Source: an uncultured Gammaproteobacteria bacterium
Lineage (GTDB): Bacteria; Patescibacteriota; Microgenomatia; Daviesbacterales; UBA10151
Assembly (NCBI GenBank): GCA_964405655.1
Contig: CAYOOO010000005.1
Span: 6,335 to 70,334, forward strand
Reading direction: 5' to 3'
Length of the DNA: 64,000 nucleotides
Numbering within the stretch: the stretch's first letter is position 1; each line of letters starts with the position of its first letter. Shown one piece after another: positions 48,559 to 59,816 of this stretch. Under the pieces are notes generated by a model that was not told the origin of the DNA, did no database searches, and saw only the letters and a list, made by a program, of their open reading frames with translations. A program made the position numbers and the translations under genes.

Positions 48559-49068
48559 TTATCGCAAGCTTCTTTTGCAATGAATCTTGGTATTACTATT
48601 TTCCAAAAGAGCACAGGCTTTAAAGTAAGTCGAACCATCTGTAGGAGTTGTGCTAGAAACCTTCTCATAACCAGTAGGACAAGCGGTCTTACTCCATTCA
48701 CTAACATCAGGATCTCCTACATTAGAGTCTGTTGTTATGCAATAAGGATAACCTACTGGATCTATAGCATTAGTACTACTATCTCCAGGGAAAAGATTTT
48801 TTTCAAAATCAGAGGTTACTAAAGGCTGATAACCTGAGTTTGTCCTCTTAATCTCCAGTGCCTTAACAATTGAATTAACCTCAAGCATCCTTTTAGAATC
48901 CCTACCATTTCTTTGGGTTGTTGAATAGACAGAGTAAGCTGTTACAGAAAGAATAGCTATAATAGAAATAGCTATCATTAATTCTACTAGTGTGAATCCC
49001 TGGTCAGGTATATTAGTCCTTAAAGTAGACATATAATCATTATTTAGCTTTTTTGAATAACATTTCAA
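48559..49068 (-). CDS. Type IV pilin (..DQG|FTLVELMIAI). The start is probably the internal MSTL.
   Basis: Prepilin motif. Confidence 0.7.
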   Translation of the reverse strand: MKCYSKKLNNDYMSTLRTNIPDQGFTLVELMIAISIIAILSVTAYSVYSTTQRNGRDSKRMLEVNSIVKALEIKRTNSGYQPLVTSDFEKNLFPGDSSTNAIDPVGYPYCITTDSNVGDPDVSEWSKTACPTGYEKVSSTTPTDGSTYFKACALLENSNTKIHCKRSLR

Positions 49069-49126
49069 CAGTTAAACTTAAAGCTAGATTATTTACTTAA
49101 ACAGTGAAAGTAAAAAAGTGGTGAGA

Positions 49127-49645
49127 CTATTTAGTTAAACTAGTAACGCAAAAGAAGGCTGAAGCTCTTTCCATAGAGGCACAAAGCTTCCAAGCTTTGA
49201 TACCGCTATCACTTATATCGGTTGTACCTGCAGTACCTTGTATTGAGGAATCAATTTCAGTATACCCTGCTGGGCATGTGGAAGATCGCCAATTTGTCGC
49301 CGGATCTGCCGGTGGAGCTGTCGATGTAGAACCCTGAATGCAATATGCATATGTACCAGGATCTTGTGGAGCTTTAGATGCAGAAGTGCCTCTTGGATAG
49401 TCATCTGCTGATTCAGTTGTAGTGTATTTATAAGTTCCTGCTGAAGGGTCTTTAGTTGACTCGATATTTTTTGCAAGACTGCCAACTTCCTGCCTTCTTC
49501 TTGCATCTCTTGACGACCCTTGTGCGCCAGTGAAGATACCTAAAGCTACGACTGCTAAAACAGCAATAATAGCAACCACCACCATTAATTCAATTAGGGT
49601 AAAACCTCGGGAAGAGTTTTTATCTTTGGGCAGAAGATTTTTCAT
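49127..49645 (-). CDS. Type IV pilin (..SSRG|FTLIELMVVVAI).
   Basis: Prepilin motif. Confidence 0.75.
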   Translation of the reverse strand: MKNLLPKDKNSSRGFTLIELMVVVAIIAVLAVVALGIFTGAQGSSRDARRRQEVGSLAKNIESTKDPSAGTYKYTTTESADDYPRGTSASKAPQDPGTYAYCIQGSTSTAPPADPATNWRSSTCPAGYTEIDSSIQGTAGTTDISDSGIKAWKLCASMERASAFFCVTSLTK

Positions 49646-49700
49646 TTATATATTTACTATTCCATGTTGAAAAACAGTTGTCAATAGTCAATTTAGAGGA

Positions 49701-50603
49701 TTAAAAACGCAAGCTTAAGTACCAGTCAAGAATTTGCTGTCCCCAGAAGATTGTTAATAACCCTCCGATTGATAAAAATGGCCCAAAAGGGATAGTCTGA
49801 CCGAATTTTTTCTTACCCAAAATTAAAACTATGATTCCAACCAAAGCCCCAATTAGAAAAGCTAGTAGCAAAACTAAAACCGAGTTTGGAAAACCAAAGG
49901 CCAAACCTAAAAATATCCCATATTTTAGATCCCCGCCGCCCATACCTTTTCCCTTAGTAATAAATATTAGTAGTCCAAAAAATATTCCGATTATTACAGC
50001 TGCTACTAGTCCAGTCCAAAGTGGATAAATTGCTAAAATAGCGTGCCGGTAAAAATAATCTGAGTAGGGGGGAAGCAGATATCTACCAATTGCACTATGA
50101 ACAATTGAATTATAAATCAGATAAACCTTATAGGCAGATACCAAGACCAAATAAATTGCTGTAATAATCACTGCCGGCAAAACTACCCGATCAAAGATAA
50201 AACCTTCTTTTATATCTGTTATAAAGACAACCATCAAAATACAAATAATAAAAATATTGAAGGCAAGTTCTATCCAAATTAAAGAAGCACTGATAAAATT
50301 AAGGTCTAATATATTTGCTGGCAGTTTAATTAAAAACAGTAGAGCTATTAAAAAACCCATTAAAACTTCAACTTGCAAATACTCCAATGGGATGGGTTTT
50401 TGGCAATAACGGCATTTACCCCTAAGTAAGATATAAGAGAAAACTGGAAAAAGGTCATACCATCTCAAGTTTTTTTTACACCTTGGACAATATGACCTTC
50501 CCCAGAAAGATTGACCTTTTAGGCTCCTATCCGCTAGTGCTTTAACTAGACTTCCCAGTACCGTGCCTATTGTAAAGCCTAAAATCACAAGCCAAACAAT
50601 CAT
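49701..50603 (-). CDS. pilD: Prepilin peptidase / N-methyltransferase (A24 family).
   Basis: N-terminal CPRC...CRYC zinc site; polytopic membrane protein; GGGDLKYG active-site region. Confidence 0.85.
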   Translation of the reverse strand: MIVWLVILGFTIGTVLGSLVKALADRSLKGQSFWGRSYCPRCKKNLRWYDLFPVFSYILLRGKCRYCQKPIPLEYLQVEVLMGFLIALLFLIKLPANILDLNFISASLIWIELAFNIFIICILMVVFITDIKEGFIFDRVVLPAVIITAIYLVLVSAYKVYLIYNSIVHSAIGRYLLPPYSDYFYRHAILAIYPLWTGLVAAVIIGIFFGLLIFITKGKGMGGGDLKYGIFLGLAFGFPNSVLVLLLAFLIGALVGIIVLILGKKKFGQTIPFGPFLSIGGLLTIFWGQQILDWYLSLRF

Positions 50604-50610
50604 TTCCTAA

Positions 50611-51159
50611 TTAGTACGTACAACTACCTCCAGATGCTGCAATCAATGTTAGATCTGAACCAAACTCAAATCGACCAGTTGTATCTGTAGCGTTCTCGTT
50701 TCCACCATCATTGGCCATCCTAGTCTTTTGTTGATCAGACTCAAGGACTGCATTAAGCTCCCAACCTGTACCATTTGAACAATAGGTATAGTGGTTGGTG
50801 GCATTGTTGTTTGGATCAACTGGCAAGACTGGTACCTGGAATGGCTTGGAGCCTGTTAAGTCAACCTTAGCCCAACCTGTTCCATCTTTATTTCTGGCAT
50901 TTGCATCCGTTGATTTACCAGTACAAGGTGTTGAGGTATTAACACATAAGACATTAGCAGCTGAATTAGTTGCATCAGTTACTAAAGCGTTAATAGCGGT
51001 ATTTAGTTGCTGGAGGTCAGCTATCCTTGTAGAATCTTTACCCCTTCTTTGAAGCTCCAAAGGATTAATGATCAACATGACAACTGCAGCCAAAATAGCA
51101 ATAATTGCGATAACTATCAAGAGTTCAACGAGCGTGAACCCGCGGGCAGATTTTCTCAA
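50611..51159 (-). CDS. Type IV pilin, a candidate major pilin. TTG start (MRKSARG|FTLVELLIVIAI) with AGGAGGTG 8 nt upstream.
   Basis: Prepilin motif; position next to pilC and pilD. Confidence 0.7.
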   Translation of the reverse strand: MRKSARGFTLVELLIVIAIIAILAAVVMLIINPLELQRRGKDSTRIADLQQLNTAINALVTDATNSAANVLCVNTSTPCTGKSTDANARNKDGTGWAKVDLTGSKPFQVPVLPVDPNNNATNHYTYCSNGTGWELNAVLESDQQKTRMANDGGNENATDTTGRFEFGSDLTLIAASGGSCTY

Positions 51160-51243
51160 GTTTTTATCACCTCCTCTAAAAGCTAAACTAATAATTAATT
51201 GTAGACACAACTAATCTACAACAGTCAAGTACCACTTAAAGAC

Positions 51244-52455
51244 CTACGAGATAGATGTGGTTAATTTGTAGATAGGCAGGATTATCGATAATACTAAAAA
51301 TGCAACACCTAGGCCCAAAATAACCAAGATAATTGGTTCTATCACTACTGTTAGGTTTTTAACCAGATGATCCGATTCTGCCTCAAAGTAATCTGCCAGT
51401 TTAAATGAGACCTTATCGACCTTACCTGTCTCCTCTCCAACTCTAAACATTTGAGGAACAATTGGCGGAAAGACTTTAACTGCTTGAAGTTGAGCTGAAA
51501 AAGTTAGGCCCCGCTCAACTCCCTTGATTGTCTCTTGAAGAGCCTTTTTATAAACCATATTGCCAATAACATCAGCCACTATAGTCAGGGCATCAAGAAT
51601 AGGAATCCCAGCTGCTGTCAAAAGCCCGAATGTCCTGGTAAAGTTTGTTAGCGATGTTCCTTGAATAATCTTCCCAACGATTGGAACTCTTAGAAGGTAA
51701 CCATCAAAGGCCAGTTTTCCCTGGGGTCTTGATACCCAACTGCGAAAGACAACGATTCCAAGAATCAAAAAGAGTAAGAGCATCCACCAGAAATTGGTAA
51801 AGAAACCTGAGGTGGCTATTAAAATCTTAGTTGGTACTGGCAGATCAATATCTGACTGACTATAAAGACTTAGCAGTCTAGGTACCACAAAAAACATCAT
51901 TACTCCGACTACCAAAACCATCATGATGATTATGATAACTGGGTAGATCATAGCTCCTCTAATTCGGCTGCGAAACTCCCGATCACGCTCCAAACTTGTG
52001 GCCATCTGAGTGAGCACTATATCCAACTTACCTGACTGTTCGCCACTTTTAACTAAGCTAGCATATAGTTGCGGGAAAACATCAGGATGTTTCCTGATAG
52101 AGGAGGCAAGATCCATCCCTCCTTTGATATCTCTTGAGATCTCCTCTAGAACTGATTTAAATCTTTTATTTGACTGTTGTTCTGATAGAATATCAATTGA
52201 TTCAGACAGTACCAAACCTGATTCAACCATAGTAGCCAACTGCCTGGTGGCTACTACCAAATCACTGAAGGAAACTTTATTAAAAACCCGATCAAAAAAC
52301 TTCTTCCCACCACTCTCATCGCCTTTTTTAACTAAAATAACAATCAGACCCCGTTTACCTAAGATCCTGGCTACTTGTTTATCATCAGTTGTTTCGATTG
52401 TTCCTTTGTGATCAACACCTTGCAAGTCTCTAGCAATATAGTTGAATGTAGGCAT
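51244..52455 (-). CDS. pilC: Type IV pilus platform protein PilC (GspF family).
   Basis: Two GspF-like repeats; three TM segments. Confidence 0.85.
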   Translation of the reverse strand: MPTFNYIARDLQGVDHKGTIETTDDKQVARILGKRGLIVILVKKGDESGGKKFFDRVFNKVSFSDLVVATRQLATMVESGLVLSESIDILSEQQSNKRFKSVLEEISRDIKGGMDLASSIRKHPDVFPQLYASLVKSGEQSGKLDIVLTQMATSLERDREFRSRIRGAMIYPVIIIIMMVLVVGVMMFFVVPRLLSLYSQSDIDLPVPTKILIATSGFFTNFWWMLLLFLILGIVVFRSWVSRPQGKLAFDGYLLRVPIVGKIIQGTSLTNFTRTFGLLTAAGIPILDALTIVADVIGNMVYKKALQETIKGVERGLTFSAQLQAVKVFPPIVPQMFRVGEETGKVDKVSFKLADYFEAESDHLVKNLTVVIEPIILVILGLGVAFLVLSIILPIYKLTTSIS

Positions 52456-52462
52456 CTTTTAA

Positions 52463-53524
52463 TTAAGTACTTACGCCCAGTAGCTTGTTAAGCAAAGCCG
52501 GACGGAGGGCGTAATTTTGAGCAGTTATAGAGGTAATCTTTCCTTCTCGGACTAAAATAGATAGGGAAGTCTCCAAATTCATCATCCCTAACTCACCTGA
52601 GGTTTGAATTAGATTATCAATTAGATGGGTTTTGCCTTCTCTAATCAAATTCCTTAAAGCCGGCGAGCCAAACAATAGCTCTGTTGCCAAAACCCGGCCA
52701 GGAGTATAGGTAGGCACCAGTCTTTGGGCAATAATCGCTTCAATCACTGCAGCCAGTTGGGTTCTGATTTGATACTGCTGTTTTTCCGGAAAAACGTCAA
52801 TAATACGATCTACTGTCTGGGCTGCTGAGTTGGTATGTAAAGTTGCAAAAACTAGATGGCCAGTTTCAGCAATAGTCATAGCTGAGGAGATAGTCTCCAA
52901 ATCTCTCATCTCGCCAATTAGTACAACATCTGGATCTTCTCTTAAAGCAGCCTTAAGAGCGTTTGACCAGGATTTAGTATCGGAGTTAAGTTCCCGCTGA
53001 GAAATTAGCGACCTGCCCGGGGGATAAACATACTCAATCGGATCCTCAATAGTGATTACATGGGTATTTCGAGTATTGTTAATTTGATTTATAAAAGCAG
53101 CCAGAGTAGTTGACTTACCGTGTCCAGTTGGACCAGTCACTAAGACCAAACCTTGTTTTAAGTCGCTAATTCTTGAGACGGTAGTTGGCAACCCCAAGCT
53201 TTCAATCGATCTAATTACCATTGGTATCAATCTGAATGCTGCCGCTAAACTATTTTTTTGACGATAAATATTAATCCTAAATCTGGCTTTATTCTCAAAA
53301 TCTACACCAAAATCCAACTCCCAGTTTGATCTTAAGACCTCTCTTTGAAACTGCGAGATCAAAGGAAAAACTAACTGTTCAACATCTTGAGCGGTTAACT
53401 TATCAGTCCCAGGGATAGGTATTAGTTCACCGTTAACTCTTAAGATTGGGTTGTTTCCAACTACTAAATGCAGATCAGAAGCGTTTTTTGAGATTGTGAT
53501 ATCCAAAAGCTGATGGATTGTCAT
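52463..53524 (-). CDS. pilT: Twitching-motility retraction ATPase PilT.
   Basis: GPTGHGKSTT Walker A; 353 aa; Asp box; AIRNLIREGK-like C-terminus. Confidence 0.85.
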   Translation of the reverse strand: MTIHQLLDITISKNASDLHLVVGNNPILRVNGELIPIPGTDKLTAQDVEQLVFPLISQFQREVLRSNWELDFGVDFENKARFRINIYRQKNSLAAAFRLIPMVIRSIESLGLPTTVSRISDLKQGLVLVTGPTGHGKSTTLAAFINQINNTRNTHVITIEDPIEYVYPPGRSLISQRELNSDTKSWSNALKAALREDPDVVLIGEMRDLETISSAMTIAETGHLVFATLHTNSAAQTVDRIIDVFPEKQQYQIRTQLAAVIEAIIAQRLVPTYTPGRVLATELLFGSPALRNLIREGKTHLIDNLIQTSGELGMMNLETSLSILVREGKITSITAQNYALRPALLNKLLGVST

Positions 53525-53531
53525 ACATTAG

Positions 53532-55235
53532 TTAGTCTTGGGCGACCCTTAGTACCTCCTCTAAAGTAGTAATTCCCTCTATTGCTTTGAGATAACCATC
53601 CTGTTTTAAAGTTATCATGCCTTCTTCAATGGCTTGTTTTTCAATCTCTGCTGCTGAAGATCTTGTTAGAATCATTCGCATGATCTTGTCTGAAATAATC
53701 AATACCTCATAAATTCCAGTTCTGCCTAAGTAGCCTAAATTGCCACACTGCTTACAACCTTTACCCTTGTAGAGTTGAATAGATTTCTCTGGTGCTAAGT
53801 TGCCCAAGGCAAACTTTATATTACTGACAACCTCAGGTGGGGGATTATAAGCATATTTACAGTGTGGACAAATTTTACGCAAGATTCTCTGTCCCTCAAC
53901 AGCATTGATTGAGGAAGCCAGGAGAAATGGTTCGGCACCCATATCCATCAGTCTTGGCAGGGCACCAGAGGCAGAGTTAGTGTGCAAGGTTGAGAAAACC
54001 TGGTGACCAGTTAGAGCTGCCTGGATTGCTAAATCGGTAGTCTCACTATCTCTAATCTCTCCCACCAAAATAATATTTGGGTCTTGTCTTAGGAAAGACC
54101 TTAAAGCTGAAGCAAAGGTTAAACCAATCGTTGTGTTAACTTGAACCTGATTAGTCCCAACAATTTGATATTCTACTGGATCCTCAATTGTCAAAATATT
54201 AACTCTAGTAGTAGATAGTTTAGATAGAATTGAATAAAGCGTGGTCGTTTTACCTGAACCCGTTGGTCCACAAATCAAAATAATTCCATGAGTTCGCAGC
54301 AGCTGATTCTCTAAGTTTTTTAAAGCATTACTTCTTAAACCAAGCTCAGAAAGTGTTGGGGGTTTGTCTGATTTTGACAGCAGCCTCATGACAACCTTTT
54401 CACCAAAAACAGTTGGTAAAGTTGAAATTCTTAGGTCAATCTCTTTACCTAGGAATTCAAAATCAAACCTGCCGTCTTGAGGTAATCTTCTTTCATCAAT
54501 TTTTAAATTTGACAAGATCTTAACCCTGGAAACAAGGGCATCATGAACTTTCTTAGGTAAAATTACTTTTTCATGCAAAATTCCGTCAATTCTATAACGG
54601 ACTCTAGTTTGATCCTCTTCTGGCTCGATATGAACATCTGAAGCCCGAGTTTTAACTGCGTACTCTAAAAGCTGGGTTATAATATTGGCAACTGGTGCTT
54701 CTCTGATTACCTCAGTCTTATCAAAATCAGACTTTTCCTCTTGGGGAGCTATAGCACTAACCTCCTTTAGGGCTGAAGCTACCTCAGTAGTTAAATTCTG
54801 ACGGTATTGCTCAGTTATAGACTTAACAATATCTTCCTCTAAACCCAAATACCGTATGATCTTACGATTGGATTTTTTCTCAATAAACTGAATAACCTGA
54901 AGATCTAAAGGGTCTACCATTGCCACAGAGATACCATCAGCCGAGGAATCAAAAGGTATAAGTTTATAGCGCCTGGCTACAGGCTCGGGTATCAGGTTCA
55001 AAACCTCCGAGGAGATGGCTATACCCTCAAGTTTGACGAAAGGTACACCAAGCTGCTTGGCGTGTGCCTGAGCAATCTGATCGTTGGTAGCAAAGTTATG
55101 CTCACGGATGATCTTTTCTGAAGATTGACCAGAGTTAATACTTTCAAGCTTGATAGCTGAAACTTGTTCAGGTCTAAGTATTCCTTCCTGTGCCAGGATG
55201 TCTTCAAGTGCTTGTTGTTGGGCAGTCTGCTGCAT
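53532..55235 (-). CDS. pilB: Type IV pilus extension ATPase PilB (GspE family).
   Basis: T2SSE_N domain; CGPTGSGKTTT Walker A; tetracysteine CPHCK...CKQCG. Confidence 0.9.
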   Translation of the reverse strand: MQQTAQQQALEDILAQEGILRPEQVSAIKLESINSGQSSEKIIREHNFATNDQIAQAHAKQLGVPFVKLEGIAISSEVLNLIPEPVARRYKLIPFDSSADGISVAMVDPLDLQVIQFIEKKSNRKIIRYLGLEEDIVKSITEQYRQNLTTEVASALKEVSAIAPQEEKSDFDKTEVIREAPVANIITQLLEYAVKTRASDVHIEPEEDQTRVRYRIDGILHEKVILPKKVHDALVSRVKILSNLKIDERRLPQDGRFDFEFLGKEIDLRISTLPTVFGEKVVMRLLSKSDKPPTLSELGLRSNALKNLENQLLRTHGIILICGPTGSGKTTTLYSILSKLSTTRVNILTIEDPVEYQIVGTNQVQVNTTIGLTFASALRSFLRQDPNIILVGEIRDSETTDLAIQAALTGHQVFSTLHTNSASGALPRLMDMGAEPFLLASSINAVEGQRILRKICPHCKYAYNPPPEVVSNIKFALGNLAPEKSIQLYKGKGCKQCGNLGYLGRTGIYEVLIISDKIMRMILTRSSAAEIEKQAIEEGMITLKQDGYLKAIEGITTLEEVLRVAQD

Positions 55236-55289
55236 ACTAAAATTTCCCCAAAACTAATTTGGGTTTAAACTCATTATCAACAATTTCCA

Positions 55290-56100
55290 AGATGACTGTC
55301 AATCCTCTCTGTAAACCCACACCGGGTGTGTGCTAGGTAGACACATCAGGATTATCTATTATTCTAAAGCCAGGTGCTTAATTTCTTCTAATCTCCTTTG
55401 ATAATCAATTTGATTTAGATGAAAGTCCGTAAATTGTTGCAGAGAAGAAAATAAACTCAAGATTAAACCTGTTGTAACCGTCCTGTTTCTGGCTTTTTCC
55501 AGATAAAAAGGATAAGAAGACCAAAAATAACTTTCTAACTCTTTGGAATCCTTTAAAATAAATGAGGTAAGGGGATTGAGGTGAATGTAGCGGCAGACAT
55601 GGACAAGTTGTTCATCTGTTTCTATCCTCACAGCCTTAAACATTGACTGAAAAACTGCTCCAGTCCTTTCGGACTTGAGATTAAAATATTTAGCATAGCT
55701 ATTTTGAAAATTCCTCATAAAGGTAGAGATCCCTCCAAGCTGAATTTCTTTCATTAATAAATGGAAATGATTTGGCATTAAGCAAAACGCCAATATGTCA
55801 ACTTGTCTCTTACCCTTATTTTTTAAATTGATTAAGAATTCTGATTTTTGTTTAGCCTGTAAACGATTATAGTGAGAAAAACGTAAAATAGGTCTCTCAT
55901 AACTATAAAATTCCAAAATATCTAGAGCCCTATGATAATCTTTTTCAGTAAGGAAAATAGGCTGTCTAGCAATACTACGGTTTAAAACATGGTATATTTC
56001 ACCAGTAATTAGAGGAATTCTACGGTATGGCATACTTCCACTCTATCAATCTATCCTTAGGTGTCAAGCTGTTCCACACCCGGTGTGGGAAATTGTCTGT
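55290..56100 (-). mobile_element. IS200/IS605-family element: the Y1 (HuH) transposase gene flanked by subterminal hairpins CCACACCGGGTGTG (55317-55330) and CCACACCCGGTGTGG (56074-56088).
   Basis: Palindromes on both sides of tnpA; a third copy is in recG. Confidence 0.6.
55359..56033 (-). CDS. tnpA: IS200/IS605-family (RAYT-like) tyrosine transposase.
   Basis: HVLNR...; HuH motif CLMPNHFHLL; catalytic Tyr region (VCRYIHLNP). Confidence 0.8.
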   Translation of the reverse strand: MPYRRIPLITGEIYHVLNRSIARQPIFLTEKDYHRALDILEFYSYERPILRFSHYNRLQAKQKSEFLINLKNKGKRQVDILAFCLMPNHFHLLMKEIQLGGISTFMRNFQNSYAKYFNLKSERTGAVFQSMFKAVRIETDEQLVHVCRYIHLNPLTSFILKDSKELESYFWSSYPFYLEKARNRTVTTGLILSLFSSLQQFTDFHLNQIDYQRRLEEIKHLALE

Positions 56101-56774
56101 CAATTACACCTAATCTGTTATTATATGGTCTTGAGATGATGGCCAGATTAATTATTGCAAAAGCTTTAGAAGACAGACAAGCTTTGTTTGAAGAAATTTT
56201 GAAAAACAAAAGTCTTAAGATTTACCACCCTGACGTTTTATATATTAAGGATGAGGAAAAATTAGGCATCCAACAAGCTAAAAAAATTATTGAGCATTTA
56301 AGCTTCAAACCGCTTAAGGCAGAAGGCAAAGCAGTGGTGGTGGAAAGCGCTCAAAATCTCACAGTTGAGGCGCAAAATGCTCTTTTAAAAACACTTGAGG
56401 AACCACCAGAACAAGCCTTAATTATTTTAGCAGCAGAGGATGAGAACAATCTTCTTCCAACCATTCTCTCCAGATGCCAGCTGATAAATATAAACCAAGC
56501 TCGGGGAACTGATAATTTATCTGAAGACGAAGACCAAGTTGAACAATTTATCAAAATGGATGTAACTGGCCGGTTTGACTTTATAGAAAAACTTGAAGAT
56601 AAAGAGGCTTTTTTACAAGCTTTGACAGTTTACTTTAGACAACAAGCTCTAGATTTTAATCAATCTGCTCTTGAGTCTAGCAAATTACTTTTAGAGGCTC
56701 ATGAGTGGGCTCAAGCGAGTATCAATTTAAGAGCTATTTTGGAATATTTAGCTTTAAAGTTAAAAGTGGTGTAG
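56061..56774 (+). CDS. holB: DNA polymerase III delta-prime subunit. The start is ambiguous (GTG 56061 or ATG 56136); the 5' end overlaps the IS-element hairpin.
   Basis: NLLLYG (degenerate P-loop position), NALLKTLEEPP and TILSRCQ motifs. Confidence 0.6.
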   Translation: MSSCSTPGVGNCLSITPNLLLYGLEMMARLIIAKALEDRQALFEEILKNKSLKIYHPDVLYIKDEEKLGIQQAKKIIEHLSFKPLKAEGKAVVVESAQNLTVEAQNALLKTLEEPPEQALIILAAEDENNLLPTILSRCQLININQARGTDNLSEDEDQVEQFIKMDVTGRFDFIEKLEDKEAFLQALTVYFRQQALDFNQSALESSKLLLEAHEWAQASINLRAILEYLALKLKVV

Positions 56775-56879
56775 AATTGGCACAGTAGTAAAAGATACTC
56801 GGGTTTAGCTCACTATATCAAGCTAATCCCATTAGTATAGTTTGCATAACGGCAGCCCTTTATGTTAAACTTAGTTTAG

Positions 56880-58967
<2,088 letters not shown>

Positions 58968-58994
58968 GCCACAAATAGATAAAATTCTCCTATC

Positions 58995-59774
58995 ATGATG
59001 AATTTTAGGTCTGTGTCAGCAGTAGTGCTGGCTGGTGGAAAAGGGAAAAGACTAAACAGCAAAACTCCCAAGGTCTTAAATGAAATTGGCGGTAGGCCAA
59101 TGGTTTTTTATAGCTTAGAAAAACTCATTAATTTGGGAATCAAAGATATTATTGTGGTAATTGGATACAAAGCCTCTGAAGTCCAAAAAGCTACTAGTTT
59201 TCTAGGATTTAATTTCAAATATGCCTTACAAAAAAAGCCTTTAGGTACAGGAGATGCAACCAAAGCAGCTTTGAAAAAAGTAGATAAAAAAACTAAAACC
59301 CTGCTTGTTGTTAACGGAGATGATTCAGCTTTCTACAAAGTCTCTTCATTAAAATCTTTTTTAAATTCACATTTTAAAACCAAAGCGACTATCAGCCTGC
59401 TGACCCTTTTACCAAAAAAAGAAAAGCCTATTGCCAGGGTAATCAGAAATTTATCTGGTGAGTTTATGAGGATTTTAGAGTATAACGAATATGTTAAATC
59501 GTCAGCTAAAAGTAAAGAGATTAACTGTGGGGCCTACATTTTTGATGCTAAGTGGTTAAAAGAAAACATCAACAATATTAAAAAGAATAGTTTAACTGGC
59601 GAGTATTACATCACTCAACTTCTGGAAATTGCCAAAGATCAACACCAAAGAATTAATCTGCATCAGCTTAAAAACGAAGCAGAGTGGGTTGGGGTCAATA
59701 CACAAGCAGAGCTGCACTATGCCAACAACATGTTCATAAAAAGTAAAGGAAGGAATTCAACTAATAGAAAGTAG
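58995..59774 (+). CDS. Sugar-1-phosphate nucleotidyltransferase (GlmU N-terminal-domain-like; no acetyltransferase domain).
   Basis: VLAGGKGKRL, LGTGDA, VVNGDD motifs. Confidence 0.6.
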   Translation: MMNFRSVSAVVLAGGKGKRLNSKTPKVLNEIGGRPMVFYSLEKLINLGIKDIIVVIGYKASEVQKATSFLGFNFKYALQKKPLGTGDATKAALKKVDKKTKTLLVVNGDDSAFYKVSSLKSFLNSHFKTKATISLLTLLPKKEKPIARVIRNLSGEFMRILEYNEYVKSSAKSKEINCGAYIFDAKWLKENINNIKKNSLTGEYYITQLLEIAKDQHQRINLHQLKNEAEWVGVNTQAELHYANNMFIKSKGRNSTNRK

Positions 59775-59816
59775 TCGACGATTTGGCAGAAAAAAGCTAA
59801 TCGAAGACTAAAAATT

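Noticed and set aside
56061-56135. Whether holB is a pseudogene truncated by the IS element.
   Set aside because: The upstream in-frame residues (NLLLYG) fit the degenerate P-loop position of delta-prime. The gene is therefore probably intact with an ambiguous start, and it is reported as a CDS with a note.
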